From Chloroflexota bacterium (GTDB lineage: Bacteria; Chloroflexota; Dehalococcoidia; Lucifugimonadales; UBA2962): a stretch of 64,000 nt of DNA. The position numbers were made by a program, and so were the translations under genes. The stretch spans positions 1,241-65,240 of the forward strand of contig QGNM01000003.1 in NCBI GenBank assembly GCA_003228095.2, given 5' to 3'. The notes under the pieces are model-generated. The model had not been told where the DNA came from. It did no database searches and saw only the letters and a list, made by a program, of their open reading frames with translations. This document shows, piece after piece, positions 39,011 through 49,073 of the stretch (positions within the stretch are counted from its first letter, which is position 1; each line of letters starts with the position of its first letter).

Positions 39011-40375
39011 ATGGCAACAAAACCTTTAACCGGAGAACAGATCGAAGAATTGAAAGGCTTGGGTGAAACGCATTTCTGGCCTCATTCTAGGCCTACAGGT
39101 GATATGTCAGATGATACCGGCATCAAATTGGTTACTCATTCAGAAGGTATTTGGGTAGAAGGCCCGACAGGTGAACGGCATGTTGACTTAATTTCTGGCA
39201 TGTGGCTTAAGAATATTGGTCATGGAAGAAAAGAAATTGCTGATGCTGTGTATGAACAGATGTTAGACATTAGCTATTCCCCAGGTGGTACTGTTGCTCC
39301 AGCAACTATCAAGCTTGCTTCCAAAGTGGCAAGTTTAACTCCTGACCCTGAAAGCAGGGTGTATTTTGTATCTGGGGGCTCAGAGGCAGTTGAAACCGCT
39401 ATTAAAATGGCGAAAAAATATCAATATAATCTAGGTGAAAGAGGGCGATGGAAAGTTATATCTCGCCAAAATTCATATCATGGAGCGACACATTTATGTA
39501 TGTCATTAGGCTTTAATTCGGTTAACAGGCCAAATGATTATGGTCCTCTCGTACCTGGTAATATCCGCATATCGAATCCTGGGGTTACTTATCGCACCAT
39601 GCCTGGTGATTGGGATATGCAGTACGCGTATGATTTAGAAAAAACAATTATAAATGAAGGCCCTGATAGTGTTGCTGCGTTCATTGGGGAACCTATATCA
39701 GCCGCTTCTGGCATTCATGTACCACATCCAGAATATTGGCCTACTATAAGAGAGATTTGCAATAAGTATGGCGTGATAATGATTTGTGATGAAGTAATTA
39801 ACGGTTTTGGCCGAACAGGCAAGATGTTTGCAGTTGAGAATTGGGGTGTCAAGCCAGACATAATGACCGTTGCCAAAGCTTTAACTAGTGGGTACTTACC
39901 TATAGGCGCTGCAATTGCCTCTAGTAAAGTAGGAAAGGCAATGGAAGGAGAAGGCTCTCAGACATTTAAACATCTAATCACTTTCGGAGGTAGCCCTCCA
40001 TCTTGCGCTGCAGGATTAAAGAACCTTGAAATTATGGAACGAGAAAATCTAGTTCAGAATTCGGCTGACAATGGCAAGTATTTATATGAAAGCCTTCAAG
40101 AACTCAAAGCTGAATTTCGAACAGTAATTGATGTTAGAGGTGGTATGGGTTTACTTGCAGCAGTTGAATTTGGTAAAGATGAGAAAACTTTTGAGAAATT
40201 CGAAGGTAATTTTGATTCTAGATTGGGTCAACTTATGGAGCAGCATTCATTACTAGGTCGAGGAATGGATCAAACTATGCCGTTTTCGCCTCCTCTAACT
40301 ATTACGAAAGAGGAAATAGACTTTGTTGTAGACCAGACCAAGAAAGTTATAACGGAAATAGAAAAAGATTTCTAA
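39011..40375 (+). CDS. Class III PLP-dependent aminotransferase
   Basis: SGGSEAVE, SYHGAT, DEVINGFGRTG and PDIMTVAK. Confidence 0.9.
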   Translation: MATKPLTGEQIEELKGLGETHFWPHSRPTGDMSDDTGIKLVTHSEGIWVEGPTGERHVDLISGMWLKNIGHGRKEIADAVYEQMLDISYSPGGTVAPATIKLASKVASLTPDPESRVYFVSGGSEAVETAIKMAKKYQYNLGERGRWKVISRQNSYHGATHLCMSLGFNSVNRPNDYGPLVPGNIRISNPGVTYRTMPGDWDMQYAYDLEKTIINEGPDSVAAFIGEPISAASGIHVPHPEYWPTIREICNKYGVIMICDEVINGFGRTGKMFAVENWGVKPDIMTVAKALTSGYLPIGAAIASSKVGKAMEGEGSQTFKHLITFGGSPPSCAAGLKNLEIMERENLVQNSADNGKYLYESLQELKAEFRTVIDVRGGMGLLAAVEFGKDEKTFEKFEGNFDSRLGQLMEQHSLLGRGMDQTMPFSPPLTITKEEIDFVVDQTKKVITEIEKDF

Positions 40376-40390
40376 GCCGCTCTAATATTA

Positions 40391-40438
40391 TTAAAAATTA
40401 AAAACCAGCTGAATCATCGGCTGGTTTTTGATTTTTAA
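40391..40438. terminator. Bidirectional intrinsic terminator
   Basis: TTAAAAATTAAAAACCAGCTGA-ATCA-TCGGCTGGTTTTTGATTTTTAA between convergent genes. Confidence 0.85.
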
Positions 40439-40449
40439 GTGTGTCATCA

Positions 40450-41622
40450 TTAACTTAATGGAGGCCAAGACCCTAGTATAATCTTGATCTCAATCAACTT
40501 TGAGTCACGAATTATTGTTAAAGTAATTAAATCTCCTGGTTTTAAAGAATTCAAGTAATCTACCATTTCGGACACTGATTTAACTTTCACAGTATCTACC
40601 TTAATAATGATATCTCCATTCATAGAGCCGTTTTTTGCATCAGGGATAAGAGAATTTAAGCTAGCAGGACTTTTAGGATATATATCCCAAATATAAACAC
40701 CGGATTTAATGTTTAAATCCATCTGTTTAATAGCTTCTTGAGTTAATGTAACGCCAGATATTCCAAGCCAAGGTCGAGAAATCACATTTGGCAATTTAAG
40801 ATTTGGAAGTAGCTCGATTAGTATGTTACTGGGTATTGCAAATCCAATGCCAAGATCGCCTTGGTAAGTTATGTGAACTGCAGAATTGATACCTATAACT
40901 TCTCCTGATGAATTGAGGAGCGGCCCTCCTGAGTTCCCCGGTAATAAAGTGGCATCTGTCCATATCATATTTGGGATTGGTCTTTGTAGCGCAGGAGAGA
41001 TTCTAGAATCTCTTAAAATTGGTGGACTATCACCTATACCTGCTACGACTCCTACCGACAAAAAATTCCTCATTCCCAATGGATTACCAATTGCAAGTGC
41101 TAATTGGCCAGTTTTAACTAAGTCAGAATTTGCTAATTTGAGAGGTTCAATATGTGCAACTTTTAGCGGATTAACAGCTAAAAGTGCAAGATCATCTGAC
41201 TGACTAACCCCAAGTTGTTTCGCAAGTAATATCGTCCCGTCTTTTAGAGATACTTGTATGTTAGTGGCGCCATGAATCACATGCTCATTAGTAGCTATAT
41301 GTCCATCTTTATCCAATATAAAACCTGTACCGCTATCAGTAGAAGTATTGGGCCTTTTTACGATTATTTCTACTACAGCATTAGAAGATTGACTTACTAC
41401 TCTGTCAATTAACCCTTCATCATAAAGTGTGGTTTCTTTGTTATTAAAACGCGACGAAGTTATTATCCCAGTTGATGCTATAGATCCTATTAAAATACCA
41501 GATAACAGTAATAAGCCTATAACCCACATAACAGGGAAAGTGATTCTCACTCTGTAGTTATTGAGGAAATATCTTTCTATGCGATGTCTGGCAATCCTGG
41601 TTTTAAATTGTCTCTTTATCAT
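40450..41622 (-). CDS. HtrA/DegP-family serine protease with TM anchor and PDZ domain
   Basis: GTGF, TNEHV, DDLA, GNSGGPL and PWLGI. Confidence 0.9.
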   Translation of the reverse strand: MIKRQFKTRIARHRIERYFLNNYRVRITFPVMWVIGLLLLSGILIGSIASTGIITSSRFNNKETTLYDEGLIDRVVSQSSNAVVEIIVKRPNTSTDSGTGFILDKDGHIATNEHVIHGATNIQVSLKDGTILLAKQLGVSQSDDLALLAVNPLKVAHIEPLKLANSDLVKTGQLALAIGNPLGMRNFLSVGVVAGIGDSPPILRDSRISPALQRPIPNMIWTDATLLPGNSGGPLLNSSGEVIGINSAVHITYQGDLGIGFAIPSNILIELLPNLKLPNVISRPWLGISGVTLTQEAIKQMDLNIKSGVYIWDIYPKSPASLNSLIPDAKNGSMNGDIIIKVDTVKVKSVSEMVDYLNSLKPGDLITLTIIRDSKLIEIKIILGSWPPLS

Positions 41623-41794
41623 AAAGTTTAATTTTATAACGTCAAAATAAGAAGTTAAATTTTACAGTTACAACATTAGTTCAATTGTGCAAATATATTC
41701 TGTCAATTTAAGCTTATAGATGTATTAGATATTCACTTTTATTATTATAAACTTGCCTGCACCCAGAATGGGTATCATTTTATGGGAGAACATA

Positions 41795-42160
41795 ATGGAT
41801 CAATTTACAATTTTACTTTTCATAGCAATTTTGATTTTAGGAATGTTGTTTTTAATATCATTACGTCATGTTTTTAGTTTGAAGAGGTATATATCATCTT
41901 TAAAATCTCAAAAACAAAGTCAAAGTACAAAATATGGGCAAATTGCCGAGCAATTCATGCCTTGGGCATCAAACTACCCCTATGACCCTGCAAAGTTTAG
42001 ATTTATTGGATCACCTATAGATGGCATACAGTTTGAAGAAAACAAAGTGATTTTAATGGAATTTAAAACTTCATCCAGCCAGATGACTTCATTACAACGT
42101 AAAATTAAACGACTTGTTGAAGAAAATAAGGTGACTTTTGAAGAAATACGCATATCTTAA
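41795..42160 (+). CDS. Membrane-anchored Holliday-junction-resolvase-like endonuclease domain protein
   Basis: N-terminal TM; G.IAEQFMP, FRFIGSPIDGI.F and EFKT (PD-(D/E)xK); SD GGGAG before ATG 41795. Confidence 0.75.
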   Translation: MDQFTILLFIAILILGMLFLISLRHVFSLKRYISSLKSQKQSQSTKYGQIAEQFMPWASNYPYDPAKFRFIGSPIDGIQFEENKVILMEFKTSSSQMTSLQRKIKRLVEENKVTFEEIRIS

Positions 42161-42170
42161 CTAAGTTGGT

Positions 42171-42842
42171 TTAAGTTGAGGTTTTCAATATCCATTTCAT
42201 CCAATGAGTGGTCTCGCTTTTAAATCCTTTTACATTTTGTAGGGCCCACTCATAATCTGAATCGCTGTCTAGATCAAATTGAAGTCCAGGAGTGTCAACA
42301 ACTGAGAAGGGAATAGATTTGTCTAATACCCACTTCCTGTGTTTAGAAAAACTTAGACATCCTAACATAGGCTTAAAAGCGTGTTCTGCGGGCTGAAGCA
42401 ATGCGTTTGTGCCTCCATCTTTTGTTGCTTTAGCTAATACGGTATTTTTTAGAGATTCACTAGCTAAAAATATTTCATGAATATCAGATGTATTTATTAA
42501 AGGGAGGTCACCTGGCAAGAATAATGTTGCCTCCGCACCCAAGGTATATGCGCTTATCATAGCTTCCCATAAGCTGTCGTTTAAACTATTGGTTGAAGGT
42601 TTTTCGGGAACCCATTGGACATTATGAGACTTTGCTAGTTTATGGATCAAAGTGTCACCACCTAATATGACACAATTGGTTTCAGCATTCTGGTTTACGG
42701 CTTTAATGACTCTATTCAACATCATTAGAATTGCTGCTCTTCTAGATAGAGAATCAACATTACCTTTTAAACGACTCTTTGCTTTAAAAAGAGGCTTCAT
42801 CGGTATAATTGTTTGTATTTTATTAGTAACAGAGTAGGGCAT
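42171..42842 (-). CDS. cofC: F420 biosynthesis guanylyltransferase
   Basis: IPMK....AKSRL, LN, LPGDLP, DGGTNAL and DLD..D; adjacent to cofD. Confidence 0.85.
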   Translation of the reverse strand: MPYSVTNKIQTIIPMKPLFKAKSRLKGNVDSLSRRAAILMMLNRVIKAVNQNAETNCVILGGDTLIHKLAKSHNVQWVPEKPSTNSLNDSLWEAMISAYTLGAEATLFLPGDLPLINTSDIHEIFLASESLKNTVLAKATKDGGTNALLQPAEHAFKPMLGCLSFSKHRKWVLDKSIPFSVVDTPGLQFDLDSDSDYEWALQNVKGFKSETTHWMKWILKTST

Positions 42843-42858
42843 TTGGATTCATTGGGTT

Positions 42859-43791
42859 TTAAGAGTCAATCAAGTTAATTACTTCGCGAGCCAAGTTAAT
42901 TTTCTCCTGGCTTGAGTTCATGATTATAGATGTAATATGTACTTCCATACCAAGTTTTTCAATTGCTTCTGCTTCTGAAGAATCAGCTGTGTCTATAATA
43001 AATAAATCGCAAAGTCCTTTGTAATGTTTCGCAACTCCTGTTGCGCTAGCATCCTCTTTTAGTTCCCTCATCATTTTTGCAGCAGGGCCCTTTATTGCCT
43101 GCCTGCCAACTATTGGGCTAACAGCGATTCTTTTACCTTTGAAATTACTAATTAATTTTTTGATGCCTGGCAATTCTAAAATAGGAGGAATACTTACGAT
43201 TGGGTTAGAAGGACATATTATTATTGCTTCTGATTCAGATATATTTTTAATGAATTGTTTTGTGGGTTTAGCCTTTCTAATTCCATCGAATCTAATTTTT
43301 TTTATTATTGGGTTACATTTTTGTCGAACGAAATAATCTTGAAACTCAAGCTCTTTAGTTTCAGTTATTGCAATTGTTCTAACGGGGTCATCGCTCATTG
43401 GAATTAAATCATGCAATATACCTAAGCTTTTTACGAGTTCGTTAGTGGCATGGCTTAAAGATTTCCCACTGTTTAATATTGAAGTTCTTTTTATATGTGT
43501 CGCAAAATCTAAATCACCTAGCTTAAACCAAGTTTCTTCGCCGAGACGTTCTAGGGCTGATAAAGTTTTAAAAGTATCTCCTTCGATGCCCCAGCCTGTA
43601 GTTTTATTAGTTAGCCCTGAAAGAGCATACATGACGGTATCTAAATCTGGAGATACATATAGACCATGAAACACAGTGTCGTCTGCTGTGTTTACTACTA
43701 CTGAAAGTTTTGGTGGTTCAAGGATTTTTGATAAACCAAAAACTAATTTTGCTCCACCAACTCCCCCTGCTAATGCTAAAACCTTATGCAT
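42859..43791 (-). CDS. cofD: 2-phospho-L-lactate transferase (F420 biosynthesis)
   Basis: LAGGVGGAK, NTADD, SPDLDTVMY, FQDYFVR, PSNP.VSI and KGPAAKMM. Confidence 0.95.
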   Translation of the reverse strand: MHKVLALAGGVGGAKLVFGLSKILEPPKLSVVVNTADDTVFHGLYVSPDLDTVMYALSGLTNKTTGWGIEGDTFKTLSALERLGEETWFKLGDLDFATHIKRTSILNSGKSLSHATNELVKSLGILHDLIPMSDDPVRTIAITETKELEFQDYFVRQKCNPIIKKIRFDGIRKAKPTKQFIKNISESEAIIICPSNPIVSIPPILELPGIKKLISNFKGKRIAVSPIVGRQAIKGPAAKMMRELKEDASATGVAKHYKGLCDLFIIDTADSSEAEAIEKLGMEVHITSIIMNSSQEKINLAREVINLIDS

Positions 43792-43873
43792 ATTGATTCA
43801 TTTACTTTCACAAACTATGTTTTTACTCTGGTAAAATATGTGTTTACAGATCTTTTGTATATTTACTCTCGTG

Positions 43874-43945
<72 letters not shown>

Positions 43946-44041
43946 ATTATTTGGAGGTATGCTAGAACTTGCCTTCTATATCAACTGTACAATGTACTGT
44001 AAGCCATATAAATTTTTATTTCTTGGAGCGCGTAAGTTAAA

Positions 44042-45043
44042 TTGGAAAAACCTATATCGCAAATAAAGCCACCATCCGATAAAGGCGAATTAAATTTTCG
44101 TATCTTAACTATTTTAGGTTTAATAGCCGCTTTTATCCAGGTGTCTTTGGGAGGTTTCGTTAGAGTAACTGATTCAGGGATGGCTTGCGGAGACGATTGG
44201 CCGTTGTGTGATGGGCAATTAGTTCCTTCATTTAATATTGAAGTTGCCCTCGAATATGCCCATAGGGTTTCAGGAGCAGTACTTATAGTATTAATACTGA
44301 TAATTTTTATTTATGCATGGCGGCTACACAGGAATGATTCTTGGATATTCAGGTCATCGATTGCCGCGTTAATATTTGTTATAGCAGGAGCTGCTTTCGG
44401 GGCAGCCACAGTCTTTAGTGAATTAGGCTGGGGGTTTCGTTTGATTCACCTTGCGGTTGCTGAAGGAGTTATATGTAGCCTTGCTTTTGCGTTCATATCC
44501 TCATTGGACTTTAAGCGATACGGTATGAATAGTCCTACAGAAGGATCTATGGCAAGCGGAGCTGTTTACATGTTTGGAATGCTATTGTCTATATTTCTCT
44601 TAATTTTGTCTGGATCAATTATGGTCGGTTTGGACGCGGGGACCGCTTGTGGGACATGGCCGCTTTGTAATGGAAGCATTTTCCCTCAAGGAAATAGTCG
44701 TTATTCAATTCATATGGGACATAGATTGATTGGCATTGTGTCTGGAGTATTGATGTCGTTAGCGTTTTTATGGATTTGGCGAATGCGAGAATGGATTCAC
44801 GGAGCTGGGAAAGTGGGGATAGCCTTGTTTGTTTTTATGATCATCCAGGTATTATTTGGGGCTGCCTTAGTCTGGACAGGGTTTGCTCCAGGATGGCGAG
44901 CTATACATCTTATTGGAGGCACATTAGTTTGGCTTACAGCGTGTATTTTATTTGCTATAGTGTTTGTCTCAAGAGACCCTGTAAATGAGAAAAAAATAGA
45001 AGCGAAAGAAATTAGCAATATATATGGTGAGTTTTCCTCCTGA
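44042..45043 (+). CDS. ctaA: Heme A synthase (CtaA/COX15)
   Basis: GMACGDDWPLCDG, EYAHR, second ACGTWPLCNG and HMGHR; about 8 TM helices. Confidence 0.85.
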   Translation: MEKPISQIKPPSDKGELNFRILTILGLIAAFIQVSLGGFVRVTDSGMACGDDWPLCDGQLVPSFNIEVALEYAHRVSGAVLIVLILIIFIYAWRLHRNDSWIFRSSIAALIFVIAGAAFGAATVFSELGWGFRLIHLAVAEGVICSLAFAFISSLDFKRYGMNSPTEGSMASGAVYMFGMLLSIFLLILSGSIMVGLDAGTACGTWPLCNGSIFPQGNSRYSIHMGHRLIGIVSGVLMSLAFLWIWRMREWIHGAGKVGIALFVFMIIQVLFGAALVWTGFAPGWRAIHLIGGTLVWLTACILFAIVFVSRDPVNEKKIEAKEISNIYGEFSS

Positions 45044-45054
45044 ATTAACATACT

Positions 45055-45936
45055 ATGCAAAACATTTTTATTAAAAATATAATTAAAGACTACGTAGCTT
45101 TGACCAAACCTAAAATCATTAGTTTGCTATTGATAACAGCTTTAGGTGGATTATTCTTGGCATCCAAGGGGTTGCCTCAATGGCAGCTTGTATGGGTAGT
45201 TTTATTTGCTGGCTCATTGGCTGCTGGTGGGGCTAATGCTATTAATCACTTTCTTGACCGTGATATTGATAATATCATGAAGAGAACTAAATCCAGGCCT
45301 GTTGCGGGCAAACGGATACTACCCAGAAATGCACTAATATTTGGAATATTGTTAAATGTGGTTGCATTCGTCCTATTGGTTTCACTTGCCACTTGGCTTA
45401 GCGCAATTCTCACTTTAGCAGCTACCCTTGTGTATGTGTTTGTTTATACGATAGGCCTAAAGAGAAACACACCGCAGAATATTGTCATTGGAGGCGCTGC
45501 TGGTGCATTCCCTCCTTTAATTGCTTGGGCTGCAGTTACCGGGGATATTGGATTAGGTGGAGTATATTTGTTTGCGATTGTGTTTTTTTGGACTCCTCCA
45601 CATTTTTGGGCTTTGGCACTTATGATTAAAGATGATTATGCTGAAGCCGGCATACCGATGCTGCCAGTAGTGAGAGGAGATGCTGAAACTAAGAAGGCAA
45701 TAGTTTTGTACGTAGTACTACTACTAGCTTTAACTCTGATGATGGTCGTGACTAGGTCGGTCGGTTGGATTTATGGAGTTGCAGCTGCATGTTTGGGTCT
45801 AGGGTATTTGTATTACGCGATACAGTTATATAGGTCAGAAGGGATACTAAAAGCTAAACCAGCTTATTTATACTCACTAGCATACCTTGCCCTTTTATTC
45901 ATCTTTGTAATGATAGATGCCTCAGTAACAATATAG
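45055..45936 (+). CDS. ctaB: Protoheme IX farnesyltransferase
   Basis: LTKP, DRDID..MKRT..RP, NIVIGG.AGA and WTPPHFWAL. Confidence 0.95.
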   Translation: MQNIFIKNIIKDYVALTKPKIISLLLITALGGLFLASKGLPQWQLVWVVLFAGSLAAGGANAINHFLDRDIDNIMKRTKSRPVAGKRILPRNALIFGILLNVVAFVLLVSLATWLSAILTLAATLVYVFVYTIGLKRNTPQNIVIGGAAGAFPPLIAWAAVTGDIGLGGVYLFAIVFFWTPPHFWALALMIKDDYAEAGIPMLPVVRGDAETKKAIVLYVVLLLALTLMMVVTRSVGWIYGVAAACLGLGYLYYAIQLYRSEGILKAKPAYLYSLAYLALLFIFVMIDASVTI

Positions 45937-46022
45937 GTTACTAAATGGTGAGGTAACGGGGACAGGATATTGTAATAAATGATCTTAGTCATTAAGACGC
46001 TGCTTAGATAAGTTTAAATAGA

Positions 46023-46062
46023 TTGTGAAATACTTGACAATCTATATGCCGTCAGCTAGATT
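46023..46062 (+). promoter_or_regulatory. Oxidase operon promoter with overlapping Rex-like operator
   Basis: TTGTGAAATACTTGACAA (46023-46040) is one mismatch from TTGTGAANNNNTTCACAA. It overlaps TTGACA (46034)-17 bp-TAGATT (46057). Confidence 0.65.
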
Positions 46063-46131
46063 TTGTATGTAGCCGTAGCAACGCTCGGCATCCTTTACTA
46101 AGATATTTTCTGGAGTCTTTTTTTTCGCATA

Positions 46132-47190
46132 ATGCCGACAATTAATCGACAATTTGCCAAGTATAGTTTTGTATTATTGGCTGGAATTATTCTGGCTCTT
46201 ATTTTTGGATGTACCAATGACCATCCTCAATCGCCTTTCGATGCCGTAGGGCCTGTGTCAGAGTCTCAGGCATTAATTTTCTATATCATAAGCTACGCTG
46301 GCATAGTTGTTTTTGTGATTGTCATGGCATTGTTAGCATACTTTACTTTTAAATATCGAAAAAGAAGTGAAAACGAAGGCGACCCAGAGCAAATTCATGG
46401 AAATAGTACGTTTGAAATTGCTTGGACTGTTATTCCAGCTCTACTATTGATAGCTGTAGCCGTTCCAACTATTAATTCTTTATGGGACACAACAGTGTCT
46501 CCTGAACCTGACGCTTTGGTAGTTAGGGTTACAGGCAATCAATGGTGGTTTCGATTTGATATTCCCGAATTAGGGGTTGTTACTGCTAATGAGCTGCATA
46601 TTCCAGTTGGAGAGGTGATTAATATTGAATTGGACTCGAAGGATGTAATTCATAGTTTTTGGGTTCCAAAACTGGCTGGAAAAGTCGATATGATACCGAA
46701 TAATGAGAACACTATGTGGTTTCAATCTAACGAAGAAGGCATCTTTTATGGCCAGTGCGCCGAGTTTTGTGGAGAGTCACACGCATTGATGCGCTTTAAG
46801 GTTGTTGTTGAATCTAGGAAGGAATTCGATGCTTGGGTAGCAAGTCAGTTGCTTGATGCCATTAAACCATCTGACCCGTTATCTCAGCAAGGACACGATC
46901 TGTTTATGTCATCCGAAGCTGGGTGTTACGCGTGTCACACTATTAGAGGAAGTCAAAAAGCATATGGTGAAGTGGGGCCTGAACTAACTCATTTTGCGAG
47001 TCGTCTGCATATGCTATCAGGCATAATGGACAACACGCACGAAAACTTAATCTCATGGTTAACTGATCCTGATGAAGTAAAGCCGGGTAATATTATGTCG
47101 AAAAACGCATCGGTTTATAATGACCCAGATAAAGTGCTTAGTGATCCTGAAATTACCGCTTTGGCGGCATATCTGAGGAGTTTAAAATGA
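46132..47190 (+). CDS. ctaC: Cytochrome c oxidase subunit II with fused cytochrome c (caa3 type)
   Basis: Lipobox FGC; DVIHSFW and CAEFCGESHALM CuA motif; CYACH heme c motif. Confidence 0.95.
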   Translation: MPTINRQFAKYSFVLLAGIILALIFGCTNDHPQSPFDAVGPVSESQALIFYIISYAGIVVFVIVMALLAYFTFKYRKRSENEGDPEQIHGNSTFEIAWTVIPALLLIAVAVPTINSLWDTTVSPEPDALVVRVTGNQWWFRFDIPELGVVTANELHIPVGEVINIELDSKDVIHSFWVPKLAGKVDMIPNNENTMWFQSNEEGIFYGQCAEFCGESHALMRFKVVVESRKEFDAWVASQLLDAIKPSDPLSQQGHDLFMSSEAGCYACHTIRGSQKAYGEVGPELTHFASRLHMLSGIMDNTHENLISWLTDPDEVKPGNIMSKNASVYNDPDKVLSDPEITALAAYLRSLK

Positions 47191-49013
47191 CTACTCTACT
47201 CATCCCTATGATCAAACGCCCGTTGCATCCGACTGGCATATGGAATTGGATAACCACGATAGACCATAAAAAAATTGGTCTACTTTATGGTGCGACAGCA
47301 TTTATTAATTTTCTTATTGGCGGGATCGAGGCCATTTTGATTAGAGCCCAGTTATCAGGGTCGAATGCAGACATAATAACTCCGGAAGTGTATAACCAGC
47401 TGTTTACTATGCATGGAACTACGATGATATTCCTTGCGATAATGCCTCTTAGCGCGGCGTTCTTTAATTACTTAATTCCTTTACAAATTGGGGCTAGGGA
47501 TGTTGCGTTCCCAAGGTTGAACGCGTTTAGTTATTGGGTATTTCTAGCGGGAACAATAATTTTGCATAGTAGTTGGTTGTTTGGTTCTGCGCCCAATTCC
47601 GGCTGGTTTTCTTATGCTCCATTAACCTCAGTTGCATATAACCCCGGTCATGGAATGGATTTCTGGATTGTTGGGTTACAGGTGTTGGGTATAGCTTCTC
47701 TCGCGGCCTCATTTAATTTTATAGTGACAATAATTAATATGAGAGCACCTGGAATGACGTTAATGAGAATGCCATTGTTTACTTGGATGACTTTCATAAC
47801 TGCGATATTGCTTGTTCTAGCATTTCCAGTGATAACAGTTGCACTTATTGAATTGATGTTTGACCGTAGCTTTGGCACCAATTTCTTTTTTGCGCCTGCT
47901 GGAGCAGACCCAGTATTGTGGCAACATCTATTTTGGGTCTTCGGGCATCCAGAGGTGTATATTTTAATCTTGCCCGCAATGGGCATTGTGTCGGAAATCC
48001 TACCGACATTTTCAAAAAAACCTCTTTTCGGCTACTCTACAGTTATTCTTGCCGGAGCGATTATAGCTTTTATGGGATGGCTGGTATGGAGCCATCATAT
48101 GTTTACTGTTGGCTTAGGCCCAATACCTAATTCAGTCTTTACTATTACCACTATGGCAATAGCAATACCAACTGGTATAAAGATATTTAACTGGATTTTT
48201 ACCATGTGGAAAGGTTCGATTACGTTTTCTACGCCGATGCTTTATGCCATCGGATTCATAGTAACTTTTACTATTGGAGGCATTAGCGGAGTAATGCATG
48301 CTATGTCTTCATCTGATGCACAACAGCAGGATACATACTTTGTTGTAGCTCACTTCCATTATGTTTTATTTGGGGGAGCGATGATGGGCATTTTTGGAGG
48401 ATTGTATTATTGGTTCCCGAAATTTTCTGGCAGAATGTTTAGCGAGAAACTCGGAAAGGTTCAGTTCTTTTTGCTATTCATTGGCCAGAATATAACATTC
48501 TTCCCAATGCATTTTGTTGGCATGGATGGAATGCCTAGGCGAATATATACATATAGTGGTGAAATGGGCTGGACGGCCTTGAATGCTTTGGAGACGTCAG
48601 GCTCAATATTAGTTGTAATTTCTGTATTACTGTTTTTGCATAATATAGTAAAGAGCTGGCGCTCAGGCGAGGAAGCTCCAGGTGACCCTTGGGACGCCAG
48701 GACATTGGAGTGGTCTATATCATCTCCACCGCCTGAATATAACTTCGAGGTAATACCAGAAGTTCACACCGTAGACGAATGGTGGGCACGTAAAAGAGGC
48801 CTTTTAGGAGAACAATCTCCATCTGTAGGGTCAAACGAAAAAGGTGAAATACATTTGCCACAACCATCATTTTGGCCGTTAGTATCAGCAATCGGTATAT
48901 TCATTGGTGGGTATGGATTGATCTATAGTTATCCGGTAGCCATTGTAGGTTTAGTAATTATGATGGTAGGCGTATATTCTTGGTCATTCGAACCAGTGAA
49001 TGACCCTGACTGA
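47187..49013 (+). CDS. ctaD: Cytochrome c oxidase subunit I (A1 type) with C-terminal TM extension
   Basis: DHKKIG, TMHG, GHPEVY, WSHHM, HFHYV and GMPRR. Confidence 0.97.
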   Translation: MTTLLIPMIKRPLHPTGIWNWITTIDHKKIGLLYGATAFINFLIGGIEAILIRAQLSGSNADIITPEVYNQLFTMHGTTMIFLAIMPLSAAFFNYLIPLQIGARDVAFPRLNAFSYWVFLAGTIILHSSWLFGSAPNSGWFSYAPLTSVAYNPGHGMDFWIVGLQVLGIASLAASFNFIVTIINMRAPGMTLMRMPLFTWMTFITAILLVLAFPVITVALIELMFDRSFGTNFFFAPAGADPVLWQHLFWVFGHPEVYILILPAMGIVSEILPTFSKKPLFGYSTVILAGAIIAFMGWLVWSHHMFTVGLGPIPNSVFTITTMAIAIPTGIKIFNWIFTMWKGSITFSTPMLYAIGFIVTFTIGGISGVMHAMSSSDAQQQDTYFVVAHFHYVLFGGAMMGIFGGLYYWFPKFSGRMFSEKLGKVQFFLLFIGQNITFFPMHFVGMDGMPRRIYTYSGEMGWTALNALETSGSILVVISVLLFLHNIVKSWRSGEEAPGDPWDARTLEWSISSPPPEYNFEVIPEVHTVDEWWARKRGLLGEQSPSVGSNEKGEIHLPQPSFWPLVSAIGIFIGGYGLIYSYPVAIVGLVIMMVGVYSWSFEPVNDPD

Positions 49014-49073
49014 AAATAGAAAACATAAACTGTAAAATATAAATAAAGTCAAACAAAAGATACGGAGAAAATT

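Noticed and set aside
46085-46138. TCGGCAT/ATGCCGA pairing sequestering the ctaC start codon
   Set aside because: Only 7 bp, which is compatible with chance; no conservation data available.
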